In this document: positions 48,093 through 61,327 of the stretch, piece after piece | Position numbering within the stretch: position 1 is the first letter of the stretch | How the letters are laid out: each line of letters starts with the position of its first letter | NCBI RefSeq assembly: GCF_964204645.1 | Contig: NC_134027.1 | Coordinates: 17,322,560 to 17,386,559 of the forward strand | Reading direction: 5' to 3' | Origin: Tubulanus polymorphus | Lineage: Eukaryota > Animalia > Nemertea | DNA length: 64,000 nucleotides | Notes under the pieces: generated by a model | Database searches by the model: none | What the model saw: the letters and a program-made list of their open reading frames with translations, nothing else | What the model was told of the DNA's origin: nothing | Made by a program: the position numbers and the translations under genes

Positions 48093-51000
48093 GGGCTGAA
48101 GCCGGTACTGTCTTGGACGGACGAACGGTAAGCCATGGTGATAAAAGGAATCTGTTCATCCCAGTTAGACTGGTTCTTGTTCACTGTCATCGCCAGACCA
48201 TCTAATAGTGTTCGATTATATCTTTCGACCAAACCATCAGAACAAGGGTGGTAAGCTGTGGTTCTAGTTTTCTTCATCTCGAGAATCTGACATAATTCTG
48301 ACATTAGTTTAGACTGAAAATTAGCGCCCTGATCACTGTGCAAAATTCGAGGTACGCCATATCGACAGATAAACTCTGTGACCAGAGTGCGAGCTACCGT
48401 CTCAGCTTCTTGATTTGGCAAGGGATAAGCTTCTACCCAGCGAGTGAAATAGTCGCTTATGACTAAAATCACAGCGTTGCCCCTGTCAGTGATTGGAAGT
48501 GGACCGAGTGTATCTAGAGCGACGCGTTCCAAGGGTAGTCCTACCCTGTAATCGTTTAAAGGAGCTCTCATCTTCTTTGGAGACGTTTTCCTGGAACCAC
48601 ACGTCTGACAAACACTACACCATGACTTAACGTCTGACCGAATACCATACCAAAAATATCGAGTATGAATGGCAGTGAGAGTTTTGCGGAAACCAAAATG
48701 AGCTGCAGTGCGGGCGGAATGAAGACTGAGAAACACATCTCGTCTGAAAATCGCAGGTAAGAGAATTAACTTAGATGTAGGCAATCCATCTCTCTTCTTT
48801 ATGATAAATAAAACTCCGTTGGAAACTTCCAAATTCTGCCACCTAGACCATTAAAATTTACTTGTATCGTCGCGATGTGACACATCCTGCCACGATGGTT
48901 TCTCACCCTTCATCAACGCCGCTACTATCCAAGAAAATTCAACATCTTTTTCTTGTTCTTCAGCCAAACTCTTACAAGAAAAAGATTCGTCAAAATTGAT
49001 ACTAGAAATAATGACTGAACTTGCGCTAGCCAGAACAGGATAGGTTTCGACATCGTGAAAATAGCTATGTTGCACGGAGATATATCTGAAGCTCCTCTCT
49101 TCGAAGCAGAAAGACAGTGTGCACATTCTCTTCGAGATAAAGCGTCGGCGTTTAAGTGCTGTCTGCCTGGTCGACGCTGTATATCGAAATCGTATGAGCC
49201 AACGTGCGACTTGACCTTCTGGATCTTTAAACGACATGAGCCATCTCAAAGATCCGTGGTCTGTTCTAAGTAGAAATTTCGATCCTAAAAGGTAATGTCG
49301 AAAATTCTTTATAAAGGTGACTACTGCTAATAATTCTCTTCTGGTCACACAATAATTCCTTTCTTGTTTAGATAGAGTACGGCTACCATAGGCGACAACT
49401 CTCTCTACACCATCATAACTTTGAGATAAAACTCCTCCTAAGCCGACTCCGGAAGCATCTGTGTCAAGAATAATCGGCAGACCCGGGGTGAAATAAGCTA
49501 AGACAGGAGCTGAGGAAAGCATACTCTTCAACTTAGAGAATGAAGTTTGACATTCATTACTCCAAACGAATAGACGTCCCTTCTCGGTAAGTCTATGTAG
49601 AGGTTTCGCGATAGTAGCGAAATTTTCGCAGAAATGTCTGTAGTAGGAAGCTAATCCAAGAAATGACCTGACATCGGTCTGGCACTTCGGCTCTGGCCAG
49701 TTGGCTACGGACTCCACCTTGCTTGGGTCACACGAATCTCCAGGCTCTGATACAATATGCCCCAAAAATAATACTGAAGGTTTGAAAAAGTCACACTTTT
49801 TCGGCTTTAGCTTCAAGCCAGCATGTCGCAATCTTGAAAATACTTGTCGTAGATTATGTAAAGTTGAATCAAAATTCTTTCCATAAACTACGATATCGTC
49901 TAGATAAATCAAACAGATTTCATTTTGCAAACCGCGTTACACAGACCAAACGGCGTTTTGTTAAATTGATAGAGGCCATTCCTCACTACGAATGCTGATT
50001 TCTCACGGGCTTTTTCAGATAGTTCCACCTGCCAATAACCGGAAGCTAAGTCCATGGTACAGAAATACTTCGCACCAGATAACGAACGGATAGAATCATC
50101 GATTCTGGGCAACGGATAAGCATCTTTGACGGTAAGTTCATTTAATCTTCTATAGTCGACGCAAAATCTAGTACTGCCATCTTTCTTGCTTACCAAAAAC
50201 GATAGGGCTTGCCCATGGCGAAGTAGAGGGTTCAATCACTTCTCGCTGAAGCATGTCTTTGACTAATTCATCTGCTAAAGCTTGTCTGGCTGGTGCTAGT
50301 CGTCGAGCTCTGTCGTACTGGTCGGGCATCACCTGTGTCAATTTCGTGTTGAATACCTTGAGCTACACCGAGATCTGAATTTGATGTCACAAATATATCG
50401 GAATATTCTATGAATAACTTCTTTAAACAGGAAGCTTCAGAAGCATTGATATTCGCACTGCTACGCTCTATTAATTCTCTCAGGTGGTCAGGAACGGTTT
50501 CGGAGCTTGGCGCCTGTTCGCGTCCTACATGATTTATGCAGCCATCGGGGGTGACTTTGGTAACTGATCTCAAGACGCCTATGGTAGAACCTGGATTCAC
50601 AATAAGCGGATCATTAGTTGGATTCATCAGCCTAACAGGTAAATAATCTTTGCCGGTATCTATTAAAGTTCTGGCGGTCACATATTTGTACTTCGAATGA
50701 TTTCTTGCACGTTCGATAACTGACCACTTGCAGGGAATGGTTCCGTCCGGTACAACTCCTTGAACTATTTTCTCAGATCGGGGAGGAATGATTGTTTTCT
50801 CTAGACTCCTGACGTAGATGTCATTATCGTCTTGATGGCAGTATTTCTTATAATCAATTTGACTATCTCCGCATACGATGCTATGGCTTGCTGCATAAAT
50901 CTTGCAATCGTAGTACTCCAGGAAATCCATCCCTATAATGACTTGATTTGAAATCTCAGCTACTACGAATTCCTAGGGTGTCGGTTTGTTGAAAATATTA

Positions 51001-51240
51001 ATATTGGCACAAACTTGACCAAAGACTTTAAGTGAAGTTCCATTAGCTGCGCATAAATTGAAATCGCACGTGGTAAGTGAATCGCGAGTAATGGCGTCGA
51101 GCGTGATGAAAACATCGTGACTTAAAACAGAAATACAGGCTCCAGTGTCAATTAAACAATCGGAAGTCTGCCTTTAAATCTACCCTCGACGATTATGTTC
51201 GAGTCTGTTTTGCCGAATTGTTTATCTGTAGTCCTAACAC
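48093..51240 (-). pseudogene. pol: Gypsy pol (protease, RT, RNase H, integrase), frameshifted
   Basis: LIDTGA (~51150), RFCVDYRRLN, DLASGYWQ, YLDDI, DTDAS, RELLAV, TDH, HHCC, DYFTRW, SDQG, ERYNRTL. Confidence 0.95.
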
Positions 51241-51294
51241 TTAATTTGACTATTGGTTTATCGATTTCAGGATGAAGTGGTTTTGATGAGAGCT

Positions 51295-52233
51295 CTACTG
51301 TCTGGGCTGATTTGGCTCTCCTCGGACCAGCCGTTGTCCGTTTCCCTGACGATTTGAATTGGAAACTCTACAGAATCGAGCTATGTGTCCCGTCTCACCG
51401 CAGTTATAACATTTGTCGTCTTTCTTCTGTTCTCCGCGCCTAAACTGATCTCGGGGACCATTTCCGTTCATCATTACGGTCTTCACCATGCTGCTGAGTT
51501 CTGACACTTGATGTTTCAACTCTCGAAGTTCACTGTGATCGTCGAGCTTAACCGAGTTAACATGGCCACGACTTCCTCGTTCACGGTCGTCTTCAAGCTT
51601 GGTAAAGCCTTCCAGCTCAACTGCTAATCGAACCAACTCATTTAGATTCTCGCACCTGTTTCTGTACAGCTGCATTCGCAAATCGCGGTCATCTAATGCA
51701 TCGATAAAATGGGTTCTGATCATTCGATCACGCTGACGAGAATCAAGGTCTGGATACGCTCTCGCTGATAACGTGGTAAGAGCTTGGGCTAACTCACGTA
51801 ACGTCTCATTTCGTCTTCGTTTTCTATTTCTAATTTCAGCCAAGAATAACTCTGCCTGATTTCCATAACCGAATCTACTGTCGAGTATTCTATTCAGTTC
51901 GTGATAATTGGAACGATCACATGCCGGGACTGCACACGCCAACTGTCGAGCAGGACCACGAAGTGATGCAAACAAGTAGTCTGCTTTCGTTTCATCGTTC
52001 CAACCATTAATTCGTGCCACCGTTTCGAAGACTTGACTGTAGTCTTGCCAGGGAGTTTCGCCAGAGTACAATTCGGGCTTCATCTTGCAGACACTAAAAG
52101 ACGAATCTCGTTGATACGGTCGTACGTCACTGGAAACTGGAACATGAAATCTCTCGCGTTCGTCCTCAGACGGTAGATCATGCAGCATATCACCACCAGC
52201 TTCTCTGCGCATGACGATGGGTTCCATCATCAC
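51295..52233 (-). CDS. gag: Gypsy gag with CCHC zinc knuckle
   Basis: P..YSGE..W, A..NGW, L.GPA, CYNCGETGHIARFC. Confidence 0.9.
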   Translation of the reverse strand: MMMEPIVMRREAGGDMLHDLPSEDERERFHVPVSSDVRPYQRDSSFSVCKMKPELYSGETPWQDYSQVFETVARINGWNDETKADYLFASLRGPARQLACAVPACDRSNYHELNRILDSRFGYGNQAELFLAEIRNRKRRRNETLRELAQALTTLSARAYPDLDSRQRDRMIRTHFIDALDDRDLRMQLYRNRCENLNELVRLAVELEGFTKLEDDRERGSRGHVNSVKLDDHSELRELKHQVSELSSMVKTVMMNGNGPRDQFRRGEQKKDDKCYNCGETGHIARFCRVSNSNRQGNGQRLVRGEPNQPRQ

Positions 52234-52541
52234 ACGATTCTCTGATGGACTTAAACTGCGGGATCTCCGATGGTCACCATTTGAGCTACAGATCTCTTTA
52301 TTGCGACTATATATATATTTCTGACTATAGATCTCGTTTCCATTCTCAAACCTAAGACGTTGATGTATACTTAAAATAATAGAAAGTAATCATCTATATG
52401 TGCATATACGTCTTCGAGTCAAGTTTCAGGAAAGGCCCAGTTCATGACTATTGAATACCAGGCCCAATAACGAGTGCTTCTCATCCGAAGCTGGGCACAA
52501 GCTGAATAGGAGGAACGTCGCATCATCGAAAAATATAAATA

Positions 52542-52559
52542 ATCCCACCGCTGCCACCA
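52542..52559 (-). promoter_or_regulatory. Primer-binding site (tRNA-Leu type)
   Basis: TGGTGGCAGCGGTGGGAT 3 nt after the LTR end ...GATACA. Confidence 0.8.
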
Positions 52560-52562
52560 TTT

Positions 52563-54536
52563 TGTATCGGATTTTGGTAGTAGCGTGGTCGAAATCCGTA
52601 GGCGTCCGCTACGGGGTCCGTCCCAGGTCACCTTACTTCGGGGAGTGAAGTAAAGAAGGAGCTGCCCTAAACTGCAGCTTCCCCGGGAAAAGGATTCATT
52701 CGTCAAAAATACTAAAAGTCGAGGATTATCTGTTGTAAAAAAGGTTTGTCAACTCCACTGTTGTTGCTCCTGCTTTCCCCATGACTCCAGGTTATCTGGC
52801 CAGAAGAACCACCCCCAGCCCCACCTCTTGATAGACCGCGTTCGGAGGATTTCACCATAAAAATATCCATCTAGGGCTCAGTCATGACTCCTTCCAAGTG
52901 CGTTCCGTTGCACAATATCGTCCCCCCGTACAATCTCGCAGGATATCTCGCAACAACTAGTCTAGACCTCACATATTTTCAACCTCACAGTCTCGAACTA
53001 ATAAAAACAAAACCACGAATGATGCGACTCTCCTCTCCTCATGTTCCTTCTTCAGACGTGCCCAGCTTCCAAAAACATAACAGACTCGCCATGGAGAAAT
53101 ATATATACAATAGCCATGTCATTAGGCCATTTATTAGGTCAATAAATACAGCATCGACAGGACATTTCCATAGTACAGGACTATGGAAAAATGCATACAA
53201 ACTGCTCTCAACCTCGCTCTAAGAGGTTTAACCAATTATTATAAATAGATGTATTGCGAAAATCGCAATAAAATATCATGGTGACGGATGGAAATCGCAG
53301 TATCAGCTTCAATAGGCTATCAAAGCTGGAGAGAAAGTGATTAAGTTCACCCAGCTTCAGAGTTGAAGCAAGAAATGCTTCAGCTGCTTTGAAATAAGGA
53401 TCTCAGATAGAAAGCTTCAAATCATGCTTTCAGACGACTCCCAAAGTAACTATTCAGCTAGGCTGTATAAGATTCGTAATGAAGGTTGAAGCATCACAAA
53501 GCTGGAAAGCTTGATGCTTTAAGAAACATGCTTCGCATCACAAAAGCTGAGATCTTTAGTCTATGCACACGATAATTCAAATCTTCTCTATCTACATGAT
53601 AATTGTAGTTGAAGCATCTAAAAAGTGAAAGCTTCAAAGCATCCCCATGCTTCACGGGGGGAACATGCTTCACCATGAAGTTATTTGATTCTATCTACAA
53701 ACATACGATACTTCACATCGATGATAGCTGAAGCATCTTAAAAGTGAAAGCTTCAAAGCATCATTGCTTGACCATAATAAAGTTATTTCATTCCATCTAC
53801 ATGCGATACTTCATGACGATTAGTTGAAGCATCTCAAAGCATCTCAAAGCTGAATGCTTCAAAAGTAAGGGTCTGGAAAACGATTCCCATATGTCACCAT
53901 CAATGACGAAATAGCTTATAATACGCTGTCGTTAGAAATATAATTTAATTCTAACCATGTTCTATGCAATTGCTCACCGAATAAAGGTAGTCAGTCAGCC
54001 AATCTTCAAATAAATATCTTCAGTTTGCTTGCTTTATAACTTGACGTAAGTTGACAATCAAGTTGTTATTACTGAGCAGCCGAACTGTCACACTTATATA
54101 GAGGCGCGGCGTGACGTCACAACAAAAACAAAGGCTCTAATTGGCCGAGAGACGCGAAGCATGACGTCACGCAACAACAAAAGCCGCGATTGGCTAGAAA
54201 AACACGTGCAGAGACGAGCACACCACAACAAAGGCTGTGATTGGTTGAAAAACCACAGCGAGGCTCAGCTCTGCACAAAAATTATTGAAACACAGGAATC
54301 GAACCCGCACGGATAATTATTATGAAAACTTTGAGAACTACGCGAATAGAAGTGAAAATAGAAGTCCCGCGACAGAAATTAAGGTCGATAAATCACTCAA
54401 ATGTGAATCTATCTACCCCGCGCCTATATGGTTCAATTAATACAACGCGACATCGCATAAGAAAGGAAGGCAAAGGAAGAGAGGGGAGGACACCGAAGCG
54501 AAAGAAAACAACAAATCAAAATCAATTTTCGCTACA
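52563..54536 (-). repeat. Gypsy 5' LTR (~1.97 kb)
   Basis: TGTAGCG...GATACA on minus strand; direct repeat of 24080-26788; internal GAAGCATC/AAAGCTT repeats. Confidence 0.9.
54090..54250 (-). promoter_or_regulatory. LTR Pol II promoter: three CCAAT boxes, two CRE sites (TGACGTCA), TATATAA
   Basis: Motifs correctly ordered on the minus strand; same at ~26340-26495. Confidence 0.7.
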
Positions 54537-55108
54537 CTACTTCCGATTTCCCCATGAACTTCAAACCGGACGTCAAGTGACGTCATTTTTTTCTGACTTT
54601 GTCAGCTAGTCAGAATCGGTTAAGAAGACACTTTGTAGCATCCACATATACGCGTTTACCAAAGGGACGTCCTCCGGGCGCCTTAGGCGCCCGGCGTTCG
54701 TCTATGAATATAATACCCCTTATCTCTTTATTATCTTTAGTAGTTTTGGTACTTTTAGTACATAAAGAATAAATCTTTATTTTATAAGTAGTGAATAAAA
54801 TAACTTTTAAAACTACTAAACTGCTAAAGAGATAAAGACATAAATATATATATATTACCGTTTCAATAATTATATTTATTCATCTGATGGATTTTATATA
54901 TTACTGTTCCAATAATAAAATTTATTTATCACAAATATTTATTATATATTACTGTTTCAATAATGATAAATATCATAGACTTATCATATATAAAAATTAT
55001 TTATATATTCATTTTTCTAAGTACTTATAAAATAAAGATATATGCTTAATGTACTAAAAGTACTAAAAGTACTAAAGAAAATAAAGACATAACAAACACA
55101 TATAGATG

Positions 55109-55111
<3 letters not shown>

Positions 55112-55168
<57 letters not shown>
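55112..55168. repeat. (TA)n microsatellite inside a nested AT-rich inverted-repeat region (54720-55390)
   Basis: Direct reading. Confidence 0.9.
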
Positions 55169-55171
<3 letters not shown>

Positions 55172-55438
55172 ATTCAGTAATAAATGTCATAGATTTATTT
55201 ATCTCTCAGATTTATTACATATATTTGATTCAGTAATGATAAATCTATATGTGTTTGTTATGTCTCTATTGTCTTTATTGTCTTTAGTAGTTTAGTAGTT
55301 TTAAAAACAATTTTATTCAGTACTAATAAAATAAAGATATATTCTGTATGTACTAAAGGTACGAAAACTACTAAAGACAAAAAAGACAATCACCTAATAC
55401 GTATCTAATACGTATTATTAGAAAAATTTAGTATTAAA

Positions 55439-56940
55439 ATGGAACCAAATAAGTACTACTGCCCAACATGTAAAATCAATATAGATAAATCCCAAAAAGC
55501 AAGGCACAATAAAACTAAATCTCACTTAGAAAATAAATTAAAGTTAAAATATAAAGATGATATATTAGAAACTAAATTAGATGAATTAAAGAATGATAAA
55601 GAAACATATAAATGTGATACATGTAATCAATCATTCAGTGATAAAAGATATTATACTGAACATTTAAAATCTAAAAGTCATATTAGAAATATGAATAATG
55701 ATATTTTAGGTGAGGATTATTTTGATAAAGATAATGATAAGAAACAGAAGACAATTAAAAGAATAAAAAATAAATTAAACAATAAAAGGCCATACATGGA
55801 AGATGTAAGAAATTATATTAATTCATTAGATAATAAAGAAGAAATAGAGATAACCGAAGCATTTAAAAGTGATATTGGTCCAGCTGCTATTGAGTTTAAA
55901 TTTCATAAAGGAAAAACATTAGAAGAAAATAAAAAACATTTAGAAAATATGAAAAATATTATAAAAGTAATAACAGATGTTGAATACCCTAAAATTAGTA
56001 TATCTTCTAAAGTAAACTTTATAAAATCTGAAGATGAACCAATATATAATATAAATTCTCATTCACAACATATTATTTCAAAACAACATATAGATGATAA
56101 ATAAGATAAATGTTATAATGAAGTAAAAACTAAAATAGAAGAGAAATATTTTGAAGGATCTGGTTTAATATTTGATGAAATAATATTTATGACTTTACAT
56201 GTTTATGACAGAAAATATAATAAGTTAACTAAATCAAAACCAATTGATGAAAATAATCTATCATATTATAAAGAACCAGATATTGAAGCGTCAAGTTATA
56301 TCAAATTACCATTTAAAACTAATGTTGTTATAAATGTACACAATTCTGATGATAAATGCTTTCTATGGTCAATAATTAGTTGCTTACATCCTGCAACTGA
56401 TAATATTTGTAGAGTATCAAATTATAAACCATTTGAAAATAATTATAAGATAGATAATTATCCAGTTAGAATTAAAAATATCCCAAAAATAGATAGAGAT
56501 AATAATATTAAGATAAATGTGTTTCATTTAGTCAAATTGCCAAAAACAAAAGGTAATAATATTAGTTGCTTACATCCTGCAACTGATAATATTTGTAGAG
56601 TATCAAATTATAAACCATTTGAAAATAATTATAAGATAGATAATTATCCAGTTAGAATTAAAAATATCCCAAAAATAGATAGAGATAATAATATTAAGAT
56701 AAATGTGTTTCATTTAGTCAAATTGCCAAAAACAAAAGGTAATAATATTAAACATTATACATTAGAACCTTTATACTTATCAAAAGATTATGATTCAAAT
56801 GTTGTTATAGATATACTATATTATGAGAATCATTATATGTGGATAAAACGTATTGATTTGTTTTTGAAATCAGAAAATGATTTTGATAATAAAATATATC
56901 TATGTAGAAAATGTATAACTAAATTCAGAACCGAAACGCT
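55439..56940 (+). pseudogene. pPolB N-terminal region (Zn fingers, putative terminal-protein region), truncated
   Basis: Matches 44628-43320; stop at 56104; exact ~180-bp tandem duplication (ISCLHPATD...KTKGNN twice). Confidence 0.9.
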
Positions 56941-57045
56941 TTGTGATGTAATTGATTAATCCTTTTCAACTGAAATAGCACATTCGATCAATATTCAAAT
57001 GAGCTACACCCCATTCAACTGAATATAAAATGTGGCACAGATGTC

Positions 57046-60000
57046 TTGGATCCTGGTTCGCAGACGTCTTTATGCAGTCAAGAAATCGTTGATCAACTTG
57101 GTATAGATGGTGAAGACAAGATGCTGCGACTGAATACAGTTGAAGGTCAAGGATGCCAGAGAGCAGTGAAGTTGGTGAAGCTAGATGTCGCCCCGCTCGC
57201 AAGTGGTAGCACACAGAAGCTGATAAATGTAGATGAAGTATGGTCCGTTCCTGCCCTGAAGATTCCTATTGCTCACACTCGACTGAAACCGAAGCAAAGC
57301 TGGTCGCACCTTGATGACATAGAAGTCTCGTCGCCAGATGTCTCTGATCTTCAAGTTCTCCTTGGAGCCAATGTCGCCGAGGCCATAGTCCAGCATGAAG
57401 CAAGAGTGGGGAAGCCAAATCAGCCCATAGCTGTCCGTACAGATTTTGGTTGGGCGCTTACTGGTCGTACCTGCAACTTCATGTCACCGGCAGGCTCTAG
57501 TCCAAGCGTGTCCCTTTGTAAGAAGTCCAACGAAGAAAATGACGAACTGACGGCGCTTGTCAGAGAATGGTGGTCAACGGTGTGAGTCGTTTGGTGTGAA
57601 GCACAGCAAGATGGAAGTTCAGTCACTTGAAGATACGAGAGCTCAGAAGATGCTGGAAGACAATACTCATTTGTAGATGGTCATTATGAGACGAAGCTGT
57701 TATGGCAAAAGTCCGACGTGAAGTTACCAGACAACAAACCATGTGCCCTCAACCGACTTCGAAGTATGGAAAAGATGCTGAAGATCGACGCTAAGAAGGC
57801 AGACGCTTACAGCAAGACTTTTCAGACCTACCTAGAGAAGGGCTATGCCAGAAAACTGACTGCCGAAGAAGCCGATGTACCAAGCCCGAAGCGATGGTTC
57901 CTACCGCATCATGCTGTCTGCAACCCTAAGAAGAAGAAGTTGCGTGTAGTCTTTGATGCAGCATCCAGTTACCAGGGAGTCTCTCTCAACAACCAGTTGA
58001 TGTCCGGTCCAGATTTCCTTCAAAGGTTACCAGGGATTTTGCTGAGATTTCGGCAAGAGCCTGTTGCTGTTATGGGTGATATTGAGGCAATGTACCACCA
58101 GGTGAAGATTGCTGTAGAAGACCAGCCTGCCTTAAGTTTCCTGTGCAGAGATCTTGAAGACCGAGAGCCAGATGCATACCAGATGGTCGTAAATATCTTT
58201 GGTGACCGGTGCTCAGCAGCCATAGCTTGTTTTGCCCTTCGGAAAACCGCTGACGAACCAGGGGTCGCTGCAGATGTCCGAGACGCCATTCTACGAGACT
58301 TCTATATGGACGATTTTCTACACTCAGAGACGACGCCACCCGAAGCAACCAGAATGGTACAAGATGTTACTCGAGCTGTACTTCATGGAGGTTTCCGACT
58401 TACCAAGTTGCTAAGCAACAGCAGAGAAGTCATTCAAGCCCTTCCACCAGGAGAGCTGTCCGTAGATGTCGCCAACGATCGTCTTCCTTCCGAGCGAGCC
58501 TTGTGTCTGGTGGAATGCTGAGACGGATGAAATTGGTATCAAGCTGCCTAGTCTGGAGCTGAAGAGATTTTCCCGTCGAGAACTACTCAGGCTAATATCC
58601 TCGATTTTTGACCCGTTTTGTATGGTAGCACCTGTCATCATCAGAGCCAAAATCCAGATGCAAGCTACATGGTCCAAGAAGTTTCACTGGGATGCTGAAT
58701 TGCCAGAAGAAGGTGTTGTCCAGCGGAGAGAGCTCTTAAAAGACCTGCCCAAACTGTCAGAAGTAACGATCCCAAGATGCTTCAAGCCCACCGATGTTGA
58801 GCCTGTAAGAAGAGAACTCCACCTGTTCTGTGACGCATCGGAAAAGGCCTTTGGTGCTGTCGCTTTTTTCCGGATGATGATGCCAGATGGTACCACCCGT
58901 TGCTGTTTTGTCATGAGCAAAACTAGAGTTGCCCCTCTGAAGAAGATGTCGATAGTCCGTCTGGAGTTACAGGCTGCGGTCCTAGCTGTACGGCTTGGTG
59001 AATCCATTAAGAAGGAAGTCACGTGCCACATTGACGAAACGTTGTACTGGTCAGATAGTAAGGTGGTCCTGTCCTACGTGTCAAACGAAAGCAAGAGGTT
59101 CCACGTGTTCGTTGCCGTTCAGGTTGCCGAGATCCAGGACTCTACCTAGCCCAAACAATGGCGCCATGTACCGGGGAGTCAAAACCCGGCTGATGATTGT
59201 TCCAGAGGTATACCAGCTGCTGCCCTTGCTGAGAAATGGTTTCAAGCTCCAGTTTTTCTGTACCAGTCGGAAGATAGTTGGCCAGATGTGTCGTTGCCTA
59301 TTGTCAACCTGGATACAAATGATCCAGAAATCAGAAGATCCGTCAACGTCACCGCTCAGACGAAAGCCAACGATGTATTAGATCCTTCTCGTTTTTCGTC
59401 CTGGACTCGTTACCGCAGAGTCGTCGCTTGGGTCCTGAGGTTCATCCAGAATGCTGGTTCGCAGATCAAGAAGTCCATTTGCAGAATTGGTCCGCTTACT
59501 GCTGCCGAAATCAATGCTGCCAGGTTGTTAGTTATAAAATCTGCCCAAGAAGATGGTTATCCAGAAGAATACACTGCTGTCAAAGCTCAGAAGAAGATCG
59601 CTCGTTCCAGCAAGCTCCTGCAGCTGTGTCCTACCATAGATGAAGATGGAATCCTGAGAGCACGCGGTCGTTTGAAGAATGCTGATGTTGATGTCGCTGT
59701 CAAGTTCCTGATGATACTGCCAAGAAGTCATGATGTCACCCGTCTGATTGTCACAACTATCCACGTCCTCCTGATGCATGAAGGTCCAGAGCATACTTTA
59801 AACGAAGTCCGTCAAGAGTATTACGTTCCGAGAGCCCGTTCTACCGTTAAGAAGCTTGTGCGCCAGTGCATGAAGTGCAAGTTACGGCGTGTCCAGCATG
59901 AAGTTCCATTGATGTCAGATTTGCCTGCTGCCCGTTTCGACACAACCTTCCCATTCAGCTGTATTGGGATCGACTTCTTTGGTCCGTTTGATGTCCGCCG

Positions 60001-60859
60001 CTTCCGCAGGACAGAGAAGAGATATGGTCTCCTAGTTACCTGTCAACCAGAGCAGTCCATTAGCTTTAAGTTAGCCATTAGCTGAAGTTAGCCATTCACT
60101 GGACACAGACAGTTTCCTGATGTCTTTTCGCCGCTTCTTCGCCCGACGAGGTCGTCCAGCCACTGCATACTCGGATAACGGAACCAACCTGAAGTCTGGG
60201 GAGAGAGAGTTACGTCATTCGCTAGATGCTCTGAACCAACAGCGTATCAATGATGAGATGTCTCAACACCAGATCCAATGGTTCTTCAACCCGCCGACAG
60301 CCAGCCATATGGGAGGCGTCTGGGAGCGCTTGGTTTCATCCGTTAAGAATTGCTTGAAGGTTGTCATCGGAAACCTTACTCCAACAGATGAGGTGCTACA
60401 CACTGTTCTCGTGGATGTCGAAGCCGTGCTGAACTCGCGTCAGCTAACCTACACCGATGCGAACGATATCTGTCCGTCAGCGCTAACACCGTGTCACTTT
60501 CTGTTGGGGAGATCCAGTCCTAATTTGTCACCGGTGATTTCTGATGTAGCTGTTAGTCAACAATGCCGCTGGAAGCACAGACTCTCGCTGATCACTTCTG
60601 GCAGAGATGGAGAAAGGAGTATGTCCTGACTCTGATTAGACGTAGCAAGTGGACTCGTCAGACGCGAAACCTGGAAATTGGAGATGTCGTTCTTGTTGTA
60701 GACGATAGGTGCCCGCGCAGTTACTGGAAGCTTGGTCGCATAGTAAACGTTTTTCCCGGAGCCGATGGAGTCGTCCGATCCGCCGAGGTCAAATTATCTA
60801 CAGGTTCATTGCGTCGTCCTGTCAGCAAGCTTTGTGTTCTCGAAAAGTCGGACCCTTGA
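57046..60859 (+). mobile_element. pol: BEL/Pao LTR retrotransposon pol (PR-RT-RH-IN), gag and LTRs not seen, degenerate
   Basis: DPGSQ protease, WFLPHHAV, RVVFDA, YMDD, FCDASEKAFGAV, RLELQAA, NPAD..SRG, GIDFFGPF, SDNGTN, GGVWER, FWQRW.KEY, W.LGRI...PG.DG.VR. Confidence 0.95.
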
Positions 60860-61327
60860 AAAACGAACCGTTTTGCGTCGTGCTGTTGACAGTAAAAGAC
60901 TTTGAAATCATAGTCGTAGACGTCGTCGTTTGAATCGAAGTTAAAATTTTGATATAGTATTTTTAAATATTGTTCTGCATCATGTTTTGAGCTGAAAAAA
61001 ATGTTACAGATTTATCGCATTATTATGCCTGTCTCACGGTCGTTTATTTTATATTGATTCTTCAATCTGTTCACCGTATTTATTCCCAGTAAGTTTATGG
61101 TTGCATGAACTCAAAGTATGTGTATTGTGATATAGTTCACCTAAGTCCAAGTTATTGTGCAAAATCAGTGTCTGGCACTATTTTTCTATAGCAAACTTTA
61201 TTCTTGTCAACTTACCTTACTATATAAACCCATGTAATTTTGTAAATGTTGTCCAGTTAAAATACAGACTTCAGCTTGACATCAACTGTTCGCTCCCACT
61301 TCTTTGCCGTTAGTTGGTTTTGCCGAC

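Larger units (their letters stand above)
24080..54536 (-). mobile_element. Gypsy/Ty3 LTR retrotransposon with ~2 kb LTRs, interrupted by Polinton copy C and two DNA transposons
   Basis: 5' LTR 54536-52563 (TGT...ACA), PBS, gag, PR, RT, RH, IN, extra ORF, PPT 26802-26789, 3' LTR 26788-24080 near-identical to 5' LTR. Confidence 0.85.

Noticed and set aside
46425-48205. Twin ORFs MRSLVSHRH... on opposite strands
   Set aside because: By-product of the long TIRs; no transposase motifs
60860-61327. BEL/Pao 3' LTR
   Set aside because: No PPT or TG...CA partner repeat visible
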